Positions 15,978 to 25,212 of a stretch of 51,424 nt of DNA are shown here, one piece after another (positions within the stretch are counted from its first letter, which is position 1; each line of letters begins with the position of its first letter). The stretch covers positions 1 to 51,424 of IMG/VR virus record IMGVR_UViG_3300033486_000003. One strand, 5' to 3'. Made by a program: the position numbers and the translations under genes. This DNA is from a virus (taxonomy: Duplodnaviria; Caudoviricetes). The notes below the pieces were generated by a model. That model worked only from the letters and a program-made list of their open reading frames with translations, was not told where the DNA came from and searched no databases.

Positions 15978-16724
15978 ATGCGAGTTGAAAACGATGTGCT
16001 GGCGGTATTGAGCCGTGCCGAAACGAACGGGTTTGAATTGAAGTTGACCGGACAGCTTGACCGCAAACTGTACGAACGCACAAACAAGGTGCTGGAAGCC
16101 GCGGGCGGAAAGTGGAACCGGAAAGCCAAGGCCCACATATTCGACGACGAGGCCGCGAACCGGGTGGATCAGATCATTCTTTCGGGTGAAGTTGAAGTGC
16201 CCAAGGACGAGTTTAACTTCTTCCCATCGCCGCCAGCCGTGGTTGAGCGGTTGATGGAGCTTGCTGACGTACGGCAGGGAATGCGCGTGCTGGAGCCGAG
16301 CGCTGGGAAAGGCGCGATTGCCTACGCCTGCGCGGATGCTGGCGCAACCGTGGACTGCTACGAACTGATGGAGGCAAATTTTGTAGCTTTGGCCGGTGAT
16401 ATGCGCCTTGGTTTTGTGCGCCACATGGATTTCTTGGCACAGGCACCCGAGGCGAACTACGAGCGCGTGGTAATGAACCCTCCGTTCGCAAAGCAGGCCG
16501 ACATCAAGCATGTGCTTCACGCCCTGCGGTTTCTGAAGCCCGGCGGGCTGCTGGTGTCGGTGATGGCGGGAAGCGTGGTGTTCCGCGACAACAAGCTGAC
16601 GCAGGATTTTCGCGATCTGATCCGCGAGCGCGGCGGTGACATTGAAGCGCTGCCCGAGGGTGCGTTCAAGGCGTCGGGAACGATGGTCAGGTCCGTGATC
16701 GTCACGATACCCGATGAAGGGTAG
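15978..16724 (+). CDS. Probable N6-adenine DNA methyltransferase
   Basis: VLEPSAGKG SAM-binding motif and MNPPF catalytic motif; AAGGA RBS before ATG 15978. Confidence 0.85.
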   Translation: MRVENDVLAVLSRAETNGFELKLTGQLDRKLYERTNKVLEAAGGKWNRKAKAHIFDDEAANRVDQIILSGEVEVPKDEFNFFPSPPAVVERLMELADVRQGMRVLEPSAGKGAIAYACADAGATVDCYELMEANFVALAGDMRLGFVRHMDFLAQAPEANYERVVMNPPFAKQADIKHVLHALRFLKPGGLLVSVMAGSVVFRDNKLTQDFRDLIRERGGDIEALPEGAFKASGTMVRSVIVTIPDEG

Positions 16725-16733
16725 CGCCCGGCT

Positions 16734-16856
16734 ATGAGACCACCATTCGCAGAGCGCAAAATACTACTGATCGGAGAACAGCAGGTAAAGCTGGCCTGCA
16801 ACCTGATCCAAAACGTCCCGATTGACCGCGACAACCCGTTGGAGGTGGTGCAGTGA
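16734..16856 (+). pseudogene. Stranded 5' fragment of a ninB-like gene (40 aa)
   Basis: MRPPFAERKILLIGEQQVKLACNLIQNVP...LEVV parallels the N-terminus of the downstream NinB (KFGTRKFIVLGETQRKLAIAVIKNCP..VEVV). Confidence 0.65.
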
Positions 16857-17464
16857 AATCTTGCAAAAAGTGAGGAGAAATAAAGCCAAAAACAGAATTC
16901 CATCGTAAAACATCGACTGGCGATGGATTGCAGCCTAACTGTAAGGAGTGTCGCAGCAAATATGGTGCCGCCCATTATGTGGATAACCGTGATGAGATAA
17001 AAGCCAAATCGGCCATATGGCGCGCGAATAATAAAGCAAGAGCAAAGGAGGTTTCGGCAGCTTCTCGAGCTAAAAACGCAGAGAAGATTAAATCCAGAAG
17101 CTCGGCCTATTACAAAAAAAATAGAGATAGGATTAGAGCCGGAAATATAGCTTACATTGTGACGCCAGCAGGAAGAGATGCGTGCAAACGCCGCGACCAA
17201 AACAGACGCGCCCGTGAGCGTGAAGCTGGTGGAAATCTGTCAAAAGGCTTGGCTGAGCGCCTGTTCATGCTTCAGCGCGGTACGTGCGCGTGCGGATGTA
17301 ATCAACCACTTGGTGACAACTACCACCTAGACCACGTCATGCCGCTAGCGCTTGGTGGCTCAAATACTGATAACAATATTCAACTATTGCGCGAGGTGTG
17401 CAACCTGCAAAAACATGCAAAGCATCCGGTGGATTTTATGCGGCAACGGGGGTTTCTGATATGA
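16853..17464 (+). pseudogene. HNH homing endonuclease with an in-frame TGA at a Zn-finger Cys position
   Basis: GTG start gives MKSCKK*GEIKPKTEFH...CKEC; C-terminal HLDHVMPLALGGSN...N..CN..K. Confidence 0.75.
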
Positions 17465-17907
17465 GCGCACAAAAATTTGGTACTCGTAAGTTTATCGTCC
17501 TTGGCGAAACTCAGCGTAAGTTGGCTATTGCGGTAATAAAAAATTGCCCGGTTGGTGTTGAAGTCGTAATTCGAGATCAAGTGACGATTCGCAATCTTTC
17601 GCAAAATGGTTTGATGTGGGTTGGGCCACTGAAGGATATAGCCGAACAGGCGTGGGTAGGTGGCAGGCAGTTCAGCGACGTGGTATGGCATGAGTTCTTC
17701 AAGAAGGAATATCTTCCTGATGAATTTGATCCGGAGCTGTGCAAGGAGGATTATAGGAAGTGGGATTACACGCCGATAGGCGATAAGGTTTTGATCGGCA
17801 GCACGACCCAGCTAACCGTTAAGGGGTTCGCTCAATATCTGGAGCAGGTTTATGCGGCTGGTGCCGATCTCGGGGTTATGTTTCGCGAATCTAAGGAGAG
17901 AAGATGA
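17461..17907 (+). CDS. ninB: NinB/Orf-family recombination protein
   Basis: RNLSQNGLMW...DIAEQ...WHEFFK...GSTTQLTVKGFAQYLEQV.A.G. Confidence 0.75.
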   Translation: MSAQKFGTRKFIVLGETQRKLAIAVIKNCPVGVEVVIRDQVTIRNLSQNGLMWVGPLKDIAEQAWVGGRQFSDVVWHEFFKKEYLPDEFDPELCKEDYRKWDYTPIGDKVLIGSTTQLTVKGFAQYLEQVYAAGADLGVMFRESKERR

Positions 17908-18203
17908 GCAACGCAATGGAAGTAGGAACCGCGCTGAAGTTCGCGGATGAGTGGACGGAAGGCCATACTTTCTATGAAGGAATGGCTGGATGGCGAGTGG
18001 TCTGCGCCACGCTGGCTGCGGAGGTTAGGCGACTCCGTGAACTAGAGAAAGGCCACAAGCGCTACGAACACATTAGAATTATGAATCCTCTTCAGTTTCA
18101 TGACTTATGGGACGCTCACCTCAACAGCGACAAACTGTTCGACGAGATGGTTGATGAGTTGATCGAAAAAGGTGAGTTCGAGATAACTAGATATGCTCCA
18201 TAA
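17904..18203 (+). CDS. Hypothetical protein
   Basis: Coupled ORF. Confidence 0.65.
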   Translation: MSNAMEVGTALKFADEWTEGHTFYEGMAGWRVVCATLAAEVRRLRELEKGHKRYEHIRIMNPLQFHDLWDAHLNSDKLFDEMVDELIEKGEFEITRYAP

Positions 18204-18513
18204 GCGCGTACCGTACCGAAACGCGAGGATTACGAAGGCGGCCAAGGGTGAGCCATGCACTCTTAATACGCCATGGTGTAACAACAATCCAGAGACAACG
18301 GTATTTTGCCACCTCAATGAGTCGTTCGCCGGGAAGGGGGCGGGGCAGAAGGCCGATGACCTTTTTGGCTTCTTTGGTTGCTCGACCTGCCACGATGTCT
18401 ATGATGGTAGGATTGATAAAGGAATGAAATTCGATGCCGACGAATCATGGTGCGTTCTGCGCGCCGTGTGCTTAACCCAGCGGCGATTGCTTGATATGGG
18501 GATTATAAAATGA
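18193..18513 (+). CDS. DUF1364/YbcO-like His-Cys nuclease
   Basis: AKGEPCTL...CNNNPETTVFCH...KADD..G.FGCSTCHD..DGR. Confidence 0.8.
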   Translation: MLHKRVPYRNARITKAAKGEPCTLNTPWCNNNPETTVFCHLNESFAGKGAGQKADDLFGFFGCSTCHDVYDGRIDKGMKFDADESWCVLRAVCLTQRRLLDMGIIK

Positions 18514-18968
18514 GGATATTGGCGATAGACCCAGGGCCAGAGAAGAGCGCCTATGTCGTGATTGAGAACGGGGCCGTTATTGAGTTTGCAAAGCTTAAAA
18601 ATCATGAACTGATGGCGGTCGTGGAGTTAAGCCAGAAGATCGGCTATAGAGTTGTGATAGAAATGATTGCTAGCTATGGGATGAGTGTCGGAGCCGAGGT
18701 GTTTGAGACGTGCGTATGGATAGGGCGCTTCATCGAAGTCACGAAAGGAGATGCCGACAGGATCTTCAGGAAAGATGTGAAGATGCATCTTTGCGGAAAC
18801 ACCCGCGCCAATGATTCCAATATCCGCCAAGCACTGATTGATCGCTACGGACCAGGCAAGGAGGCGGCTATAGGCAAGAAGTCGTCCCCAGGCCCACTAT
18901 ACGGCGTCAGCGGCGATGTTTGGGCGGCGCTGGCTGTGGCGGTGACGTATGAGGATGGTTGCAAATAA
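18510..18968 (+). CDS. RuvC-like Holliday junction resolvase
   Basis: ILAIDPG...VVIE...DVWAALAVA. Confidence 0.75.
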   Translation: MRILAIDPGPEKSAYVVIENGAVIEFAKLKNHELMAVVELSQKIGYRVVIEMIASYGMSVGAEVFETCVWIGRFIEVTKGDADRIFRKDVKMHLCGNTRANDSNIRQALIDRYGPGKEAAIGKKSSPGPLYGVSGDVWAALAVAVTYEDGCK

Positions 18969-19015
18969 GGATTGGCGGTCGTACAATATTTTGAACGTCT
19001 AGCGCGAGATTCCCA

Positions 19016-19822
19016 ATGTTAGGAAATGTTCTGATAACTGGCGGCTCTGGGTTCTTCGGAAGAGCCATGACCAAGCACCTGCTTGAGAACGACCTGGCAG
19101 ACAAGGTGTGCATATTCAGCCGCGACGAATATAAGCAATCGGTAATGAGAAGAGAATTCCGAGACGATCAGCGGCTTAGATTCTTCATCGGCGACGTTCG
19201 CAACCCAGAGCGAGTAAAGCGGGCGATGCGCGGGATTGATACAGTGATCCATGCCGCCGCCCTAAAGCGCATAGAAACCGCCCATTACAACCCCGAAGAG
19301 CTGGTTGAAACCAATATCAACGGAACCATCAACGTGGTCCATGCCGCCGAATCCATAGGGGCGATCTGTGTTTTCCTCTCCACAGATAAGGCTTGCGAGC
19401 CGAAAAGCGATTACGGATACAGCAAGGCCCTGGCTGAGACAATAGCGCTTGGAGCCGGAGCGGTAGTTACTAGATACGGAAACGTGGCCGGTTCGACAGG
19501 TAGCGTTATACCTCTGTGGCGGTCGATGCGGGCAATAGTCCCCGTAACCGATCCTGAATGTACCCGCTTCTTCATGACAGAACAGCAGGCCGTTGACCTT
19601 GTGATCAAGGCCGCCACTGACAAAAATACAACCGATGTCATAACCCCCGTATTGCCCGCTTACAGACTGGCCGACCTTGCTGAAGCCATGGGCAAGTTCA
19701 TGGAGGTGAAAGGTCTACCCTACTGGGAAAAGAAACACGAGAGTATGCGCCCCGGCGAGACAAGCGAACAGGCAAGGCGCATGAGCGTTGAAGAGCTGAG
19801 AGAGGCGCTGAAGTATGTTTAA
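19016..19822 (+). CDS. pseB: UDP-GlcNAc 4,6-dehydratase (PseB/FlaA1-like)
   Basis: ITGGSGFFG, SRDEYKQ, HAAALK, STDKA, YGYSK, RYGNVAGSTGSVIP. Confidence 0.88.
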   Translation: MLGNVLITGGSGFFGRAMTKHLLENDLADKVCIFSRDEYKQSVMRREFRDDQRLRFFIGDVRNPERVKRAMRGIDTVIHAAALKRIETAHYNPEELVETNINGTINVVHAAESIGAICVFLSTDKACEPKSDYGYSKALAETIALGAGAVVTRYGNVAGSTGSVIPLWRSMRAIVPVTDPECTRFFMTEQQAVDLVIKAATDKNTTDVITPVLPAYRLADLAEAMGKFMEVKGLPYWEKKHESMRPGETSEQARRMSVEELREALKYV

Positions 19823-20441
19823 CCCCCACCAAGTAACACGAGACTTTGAGGAGGCTATTTGCTCTTACACTGGAGCGCCTTATGCAGTGGCGGTAAACAG
19901 CTGTACCATGGCGTTGCTGTTAGCGATTAAGTGGCATGTAAAAGACCTTCATTACACTCCATGCGTAAAAATACCAAAACATACCTATGTATCAGTTCCG
20001 CAATCTATTTTCCATGCGGGAGGAAAAGTTAAATTTATTGATCATGAATGGGAAGCCGCTTATAGACTCAATCCGTTTCCAGTGTGGGATTCTGCGAGAT
20101 GGTTCACGTCAAATATGTACAATGCATTGACATGGGGTGGCGGTATTGGAATGGTCTGCGTCTCATTCCACGCAAGCAAAACACTTGGCATCGAGCAAGG
20201 CGGCGCAATACTCCACAACGACCCAGAGGCTGACAAGTGGTTTCGTAAAGCGCGATTCGATGGTAGAACTGAAGGCGTCGAACCAAAAGACGACACCTTC
20301 GACATGATTGGCTACCACTGTTATCTAAACCCATCAATAGCGGCGCAGGGGCTTTTGAAGTTGGCATCCTTGCCGAGGCATAACGCACCGCTACCGAATA
20401 GCGACTATCCGGACCTTTCAAAAATGGAAATCTTCAAATGA
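19815..20441 (+). CDS. pseC: DegT-family PLP sugar aminotransferase (PseC-like, short)
   Basis: AVAVNSCT.AL, DSA, SFHASK (PLP Lys), GGAI; only 208 aa. Confidence 0.75.
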   Translation: MFNPHQVTRDFEEAICSYTGAPYAVAVNSCTMALLLAIKWHVKDLHYTPCVKIPKHTYVSVPQSIFHAGGKVKFIDHEWEAAYRLNPFPVWDSARWFTSNMYNALTWGGGIGMVCVSFHASKTLGIEQGGAILHNDPEADKWFRKARFDGRTEGVEPKDDTFDMIGYHCYLNPSIAAQGLLKLASLPRHNAPLPNSDYPDLSKMEIFK

Positions 20442-20752
20442 ATGTAGAAATGATCATCGACAAACGCGAGGGGATGGTGATTCAGCGGTTCAAGCACCCC
20501 GTCGAAGAGGTGGTTTATGAGCCACAGAACGCCATCGACGTGGCCCGCGCTATTACTGACGCCGCCTTTGAGGCCCGAGACGGCATGAAGCCCGTTGGCG
20601 ACACCCTGAAAGCCGAGCTAGTGGAACGCCACAGATTCACGCTGACCAATCGACTGGCATTGATGCTTGGGACTCTGCGCCGCGACAACAAGAAGACAGA
20701 CGGACAGGTGGCGCAGGCGATGGTAGAAGCTTGCTTAAAAGAGATTTTCTGA
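20438..20752 (+). CDS. Hypothetical protein inside the sugar operon
   Basis: Translationally coupled on both sides. Confidence 0.7.
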   Translation: MNVEMIIDKREGMVIQRFKHPVEEVVYEPQNAIDVARAITDAAFEARDGMKPVGDTLKAELVERHRFTLTNRLALMLGTLRRDNKKTDGQVAQAMVEACLKEIF

Positions 20753-21336
20753 TGACCTGCATAGCCATTATTCCAGCGCGTGGGGGCAGCCGTAGAATTC
20801 CCAAGAAGAACATCCGCATGTTTCACGGCAAGCCGATCATCGCTTATTCGATTGAGGCGGCTAGAAAGTCGGGGGTATTCGATAAGATTGTGGTCTCCAC
20901 TGACTGCCCCGATATTGCAGAAGTCGCTATTCAATACGGGGCGGATGAGATTCACTATCGTGACGAATCCAGTTCAAGAGATGAAGTCGGAACTCAAGAA
21001 GTGGCGAGAGTCGTTCTGGCTGATTATCCGGACTTTGATTATGCGTGTGTGATTTATCCTTGTGCGCCGATGCTCTCGCCCGACACCCTTAAAAGGGCCA
21101 AGTTAGTATTTGATAATTTTGGATATACTGAATATGTCGTTCCGGTTGGAAATTGGCTACAAGACCCTGGGCAATTCTATTTTGGAAAAGCGCTTTCATT
21201 CTTCGAAGAACTACCGCTTCTTGGGCCGTACACCAGACTACTTCCAATAGACCCAAAAACAGACTGCGACATAAACACCATGGAAGATTGGGAACGAGCA
21301 GAACGCATGTACACCGAACTGAAGGAAAAATCATGA
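20752..21336 (+). CDS. pseF: CMP-nonulosonic acid synthetase (PseF/NeuA-like)
   Basis: IAIIPARGGSRRIPKKNI..FHGKPIIAYSI...VSTD...D.GQFY...DINTMEDW. Confidence 0.88.
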   Translation: MTCIAIIPARGGSRRIPKKNIRMFHGKPIIAYSIEAARKSGVFDKIVVSTDCPDIAEVAIQYGADEIHYRDESSSRDEVGTQEVARVVLADYPDFDYACVIYPCAPMLSPDTLKRAKLVFDNFGYTEYVVPVGNWLQDPGQFYFGKALSFFEELPLLGPYTRLLPIDPKTDCDINTMEDWERAERMYTELKEKS

Positions 21337-21902
21337 GCAAAGAGTGGTGGGCAGGGGACTTTGGAAACTCCTACACGAAGAGGAACCGGGTTGATTGGCA
21401 ACTGCGCTCCTTATTTTGGAATCACGTTATTTGCACAACGGGGGTGCGCAGTGCGTATGAGATAGGATGTAATTGCGGCTGGAACCTATCTGCCATCAAA
21501 CTAAGAACACCCTATGTTTGCGTTTCCGGCGAGGACGTAAACGAATCGGCCTTGGATCAAGCGTATGCCGCTGGCCTTGAAGTTTATCACGCCAACGCTG
21601 GCCATCACGCAACGGCAGAACTGGTGTTCACTGCCGGAGTGTTGATCCATATTCCGCCAGAAGAATTGAAAGAGATGATGCTGCGAATCATAGACATGAG
21701 CTGTGATTACGTTCTTGCCGTGGAGTACGCCGCCGACAAAGAGGAAGAAGTCGAGTATCGCGGCCACGCCGGGAAGCTGTGGCGTAGGCCGTTTGGGAAG
21801 CTGTACCAGGAGATGGGGCTGGAACTGATCGAAGAAGGCAAGGTCGGGGCCAACCAAGGCTTTGACGATTGCACCTATTGGTTGTTGAGGAAGCCAGCAT
21901 GA
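21333..21902 (+). CDS. Pseudaminic acid biosynthesis-associated methyltransferase
   Basis: W.GDFGNSY..RN, EIGCNCGWNL, LVFTAGVLIHI, EVEYRGHAGKLWRRPF. Confidence 0.8.
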   Translation: MSKEWWAGDFGNSYTKRNRVDWQLRSLFWNHVICTTGVRSAYEIGCNCGWNLSAIKLRTPYVCVSGEDVNESALDQAYAAGLEVYHANAGHHATAELVFTAGVLIHIPPEELKEMMLRIIDMSCDYVLAVEYAADKEEEVEYRGHAGKLWRRPFGKLYQEMGLELIEEGKVGANQGFDDCTYWLLRKPA

Positions 21903-22936
21903 TTCGCTGCAAAACCTGCTGTATGCCTGCTACTCGCCCTGACACCCCCTTCGTTGATGGAGAGTGTCAGGCGTGCATAAACTACCGGAACCGGAAGAAT
22001 ATCGACTGGGATGGCAGAAAGAAAGAGCTTGAAGCGCTGCTTGATCGGCACGATCGGCGGGTAATTGTACCGAGTTCGGGCGGGAAGGATTCTCATTTTC
22101 AAGTGCTGAAATTACTAGAGTACGGCTGTGATGTAACTATCGTTACAGCTCGCACCTGCCACTTAACCCCTATCGGTCGGCAGAACATCGACAACCTGGC
22201 GCGGTATGCCAGAACCATCGAGATAGTTCCAAATATGACGGTCCGGGCCAAGCTCAACCGGCTGGGGCTGGAGATGGTAGGAGACATAAGCTGGCCTGAA
22301 CACGCTTCAATATTCACCACTCCACTACGCGTGGCCGCCGATCTTGGCATCTCCTTGGTGATGTATGGCGAATGCCCGCAACAGGAATACGGCGGCCCCC
22401 AGGGCAGCGAAGAAGCCAAGCAAATGACCCGCCGATGGGTTACAGAGTTTGGCGGATTCCTTGGCTTGAGGCCATCCGATTTTGTCGGTATCGAAGGTAT
22501 AACCGCTAGAGACATGGCCGACTACGAGCTACCGAAAGGGCTTGAGGATAAGGGCATAGAGGCGCATTTCCTTGGGCAATACCTGCCGTGGGATAGCCAT
22601 CACAATGCTGAGGTGGCAAAGGCGCACGGGATGAGAACGCTTCCCTTACCTCCCGCGCCGTCTAATTGGTGGTTTGCCGAGAACTTAGATAATGCCCAAT
22701 GTGGTTTGCACGACTACTTCGGCTATCTGAAATATGGGTATGGCCGTGGGTGCGCACAGATCAGCATTGATGTTCGTGCTGGCCGCATCTCAAGAGGTGC
22801 CGCGATGAACTGGGTTACTCACAATGACGGCAAATATCCAGCAGTTTACGCGGGAGTTAGGGACGAGTACATATTGAGCCGGATAGGGCTGGATCAGTGG
22901 CGTATTGATGAATTGATAGAGAAGTTCAAGTGTTAG
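21899..22936 (+). CDS. N-acetyl sugar amidotransferase (WbuX/PseA-like)
   Basis: CKTC.MP.TRP...CQAC, PP-loop SGGKDS, HDYFGYLKYGYGR. Confidence 0.88.
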   Translation: MIRCKTCCMPATRPDTPFVDGECQACINYRNRKNIDWDGRKKELEALLDRHDRRVIVPSSGGKDSHFQVLKLLEYGCDVTIVTARTCHLTPIGRQNIDNLARYARTIEIVPNMTVRAKLNRLGLEMVGDISWPEHASIFTTPLRVAADLGISLVMYGECPQQEYGGPQGSEEAKQMTRRWVTEFGGFLGLRPSDFVGIEGITARDMADYELPKGLEDKGIEAHFLGQYLPWDSHHNAEVAKAHGMRTLPLPPAPSNWWFAENLDNAQCGLHDYFGYLKYGYGRGCAQISIDVRAGRISRGAAMNWVTHNDGKYPAVYAGVRDEYILSRIGLDQWRIDELIEKFKC

Positions 22937-23673
22937 CAATCCGCGTAATCCCCCAGCTCCTATGCCGTGGCCGCCAGCTGATCAAGGGCGAACGGTTTGA
23001 CTCGTGGCGCTCTGTTGGTGTGGCCGCACAGGCTGTTAGGGTCCACCAGATGCGCGGCGTTGATGAGTTGATGCTACTGGATATATCCGCCACCCCTGAA
23101 GGCCGCAGCCCCAATCTGGAGCTGGTTAAGGAACTGTCTGAATCGTTCTTCATGCCGCTGGCGGTAGGTGGTGGAGTATGCAGTTTGGCCCATGTTCGTG
23201 AACTACTCCGCCATGGTGCCGATAAGGTCGTGATCGGAACCTATGCCATCGAACACCCAGTAAAGTTCGCAGAGCTGGCCGAGGCGTTCGGGAATTCCAC
23301 CTTCGTCGTCTCGATAGATGTTCGTGACGGGCATGTGGTGACGAGGTGCGGGACCAACGAGTTGACCGGGTTAACCCCTGTCGAGTGCGCCAAGATTGTG
23401 GAAGAAGCCGGTGCCGGTGAGATAGTCATCAACAGCATCAACCGAGAAGGAACCATGCAGGGCTACGATCTCGACCTGATTAACTCTGTTAGCAATGCTG
23501 TCAGCGTCCCGGTGGTGGCCGCTGGTGGCTGCAAAGACTACGAGGATATGTACCACGCCATCCAAGCCGGTGCCAACGCCGTGGCGGCTGGTGCGCTGTT
23601 TCAGTTTACCGACTCCACTCCAAGAGGGGCGGTTAAATATCTGCATGAGAAGGGGGTCAATGTAAGGCTATGA
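22930..23673 (+). CDS. HisF-like cyclase subunit (WbuZ-type amidotransferase partner)
   Basis: RVIPQLL, DELMLLDI, MPLAVGGG, GADKV, GAGEI..NSINREGTMQGYD. Confidence 0.85.
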   Translation: MLAIRVIPQLLCRGRQLIKGERFDSWRSVGVAAQAVRVHQMRGVDELMLLDISATPEGRSPNLELVKELSESFFMPLAVGGGVCSLAHVRELLRHGADKVVIGTYAIEHPVKFAELAEAFGNSTFVVSIDVRDGHVVTRCGTNELTGLTPVECAKIVEEAGAGEIVINSINREGTMQGYDLDLINSVSNAVSVPVVAAGGCKDYEDMYHAIQAGANAVAAGALFQFTDSTPRGAVKYLHEKGVNVRL

Positions 23674-24068
23674 GATTGGTAGACGCCTACTGTGTTGATG
23701 ATCCGTGGATTTTATTCGAGCTGTTACAGCAGCGCACGCCTCAGCAGTCTATTTCCCACAAGGAAATGCCGACCTACAAGCAACATTGCGACTTCTTCTA
23801 CTCAAAGCCGTACGCTCACTGGTATTTGATCAAGAAAGACGGGGAATACATAGGCGGAATTTATCTTACAGGAATTAGAGAAATAGGGATTTCTATAATT
23901 CAGAAACACCAGGGCAACGGATATGGAAAGGTCGCCGTTAAATTGCTGCTGGAGCTTCACCCTGGCCGCGCCCTGTGGAACGTCAATCCTGAAAACGAGA
24001 GATCAATAGCCATGGCAAAATCGCTTGGCGGAAAACTGATCCAATACACCTTCGAGATACCAGCATGA
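23670..24068 (+). CDS. GNAT acetyltransferase (PseH-like)
   Basis: EIGISI...HQGNGYGK acetyl-CoA motif, N..S. Confidence 0.75.
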   Translation: MRLVDAYCVDDPWILFELLQQRTPQQSISHKEMPTYKQHCDFFYSKPYAHWYLIKKDGEYIGGIYLTGIREIGISIIQKHQGNGYGKVAVKLLLELHPGRALWNVNPENERSIAMAKSLGGKLIQYTFEIPA

Positions 24069-25021
24069 AAACACCTTTCATCATTGCTGAAATGTCGGCT
24101 AACCATCTTGGTGATTTTGAGCTGGCCAAGGCAATCATCGAGGAAGCCGCTAAAGCCGGTGCCGACGCCATCAAGCTCCAGACCTTTACCCCGGAGCAGA
24201 TGGTTGGCCCGCTCGATTATGTCGTGAAGACCGGACCATGGGCGGGCCATAAGCTGATTGACCTGTACCGGCAAGCACACACCTCACGCGAATGGCATAA
24301 GCCACTGTTCGACTGCGCCGCCAAGCTTGGAATCGAAGCATTCTCGACGCCGTTTCACCCTGATGACGTGGCCTTTTTGGAGACTCTAAACTGCCCGAGA
24401 TATAAGATTTCCAGCTTTGAGATTACCGATCTGGAGCTGATCAGGGCTGCGGCAGAGACGGGGAAGCCACTGATCATATCGACTGGAATGGCAACTACTA
24501 ATGAAATACTAATTGCTCAAGATTTAGTAGTTGAGATTAGTGGCGTGGTTCCGACATTCTTGAAATGTACCAGCGCATATCCAGCCGATGCTTCATCCGC
24601 GAATCTATCCGCCATGGGTGATGACTGGTTATTCGCCGGGGTATCAGATCACACCATAGGAATCGGTGTGGCTGTCGCGGCTACCGCACTTGGGGCGAAG
24701 GTGATCGAAAAGCACCTTTGCCTCAATAGATCATACGGTGGACTTGATGCCGGGTTTTCTATGGAGCCGCACGAGTTCAAACAGATGGTAATTGAATGTC
24801 GCCGAGCCGCTGCCGCCGTAAGCGGAAAAGGCGATAAAGCGGAAGAAATGACCGAGATGCGTCGCTCACTTTGGTTTGCAGAAGATTTGCCAGCCGGTAC
24901 ACAGATCGAGCGCCGCCACCTGAAAGTTGCACGACCAGCAGGCGGAAGGAACCCAGGCGATCTATCTTTGGTTGTCGGGCTGACCTTGAAACATGACGTA
25001 AAAGCCGGAGACCCCGTCTAA
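24065..25021 (+). CDS. pseI: Pseudaminic acid synthase (PseI/NeuB family, with SAF domain)
   Basis: IIAEMSANHLG, GADAIKLQT, KISSFEITD, STGMA, KCTSAYP, SDHT, IEKH. Confidence 0.9.
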   Translation: MKTPFIIAEMSANHLGDFELAKAIIEEAAKAGADAIKLQTFTPEQMVGPLDYVVKTGPWAGHKLIDLYRQAHTSREWHKPLFDCAAKLGIEAFSTPFHPDDVAFLETLNCPRYKISSFEITDLELIRAAAETGKPLIISTGMATTNEILIAQDLVVEISGVVPTFLKCTSAYPADASSANLSAMGDDWLFAGVSDHTIGIGVAVAATALGAKVIEKHLCLNRSYGGLDAGFSMEPHEFKQMVIECRRAAAAVSGKGDKAEEMTEMRRSLWFAEDLPAGTQIERRHLKVARPAGGRNPGDLSLVVGLTLKHDVKAGDPV

Positions 25022-25212
25022 TGAGCGTTGACTGGTTCAGAGTCATCAGCGATCTACAACGTTCTGGCCTGACCTACAAGCAGCAGGCCAAAGAGGTTGG
25101 CATAAATTCTGCCGGAACAATTTACTATTGGAAGTGCGGCAACCAACCGCCACATGACAAGGGGGAGAAACTGCTTGACGTTTACAGATCAGTGGTAGGA
25201 TCTACCTCGTAA
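25021..25212 (+). CDS. Small HTH protein, candidate late-gene regulator
   Basis: DWFRVISDL...AKEVG...YWK.G.QP.H..GEKL; last gene of the early arm. Confidence 0.65.
   Translation: MSVDWFRVISDLQRSGLTYKQQAKEVGINSAGTIYYWKCGNQPPHDKGEKLLDVYRSVVGSTS

Noticed and set aside
16871-16873. Genome-wide TGA recoding or selenocysteine
   Set aside because: Many genes end in TGA with ATGA coupling, and this is the only such case; a nonsense mutation or sequencing error is simpler.
22930-23673. Histidine biosynthesis auxiliary gene (hisF)
   Set aside because: It is coupled to the WbuX-like amidotransferase inside a sugar operon, and no other his genes are present.
19016-25021. DNA hypermodification as the purpose of the sugar operon
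   Set aside because: No base hydroxymethylase, DNA polymerase or DNA glycosyltransferase is recognisable. Disfavoured, though not formally excluded.
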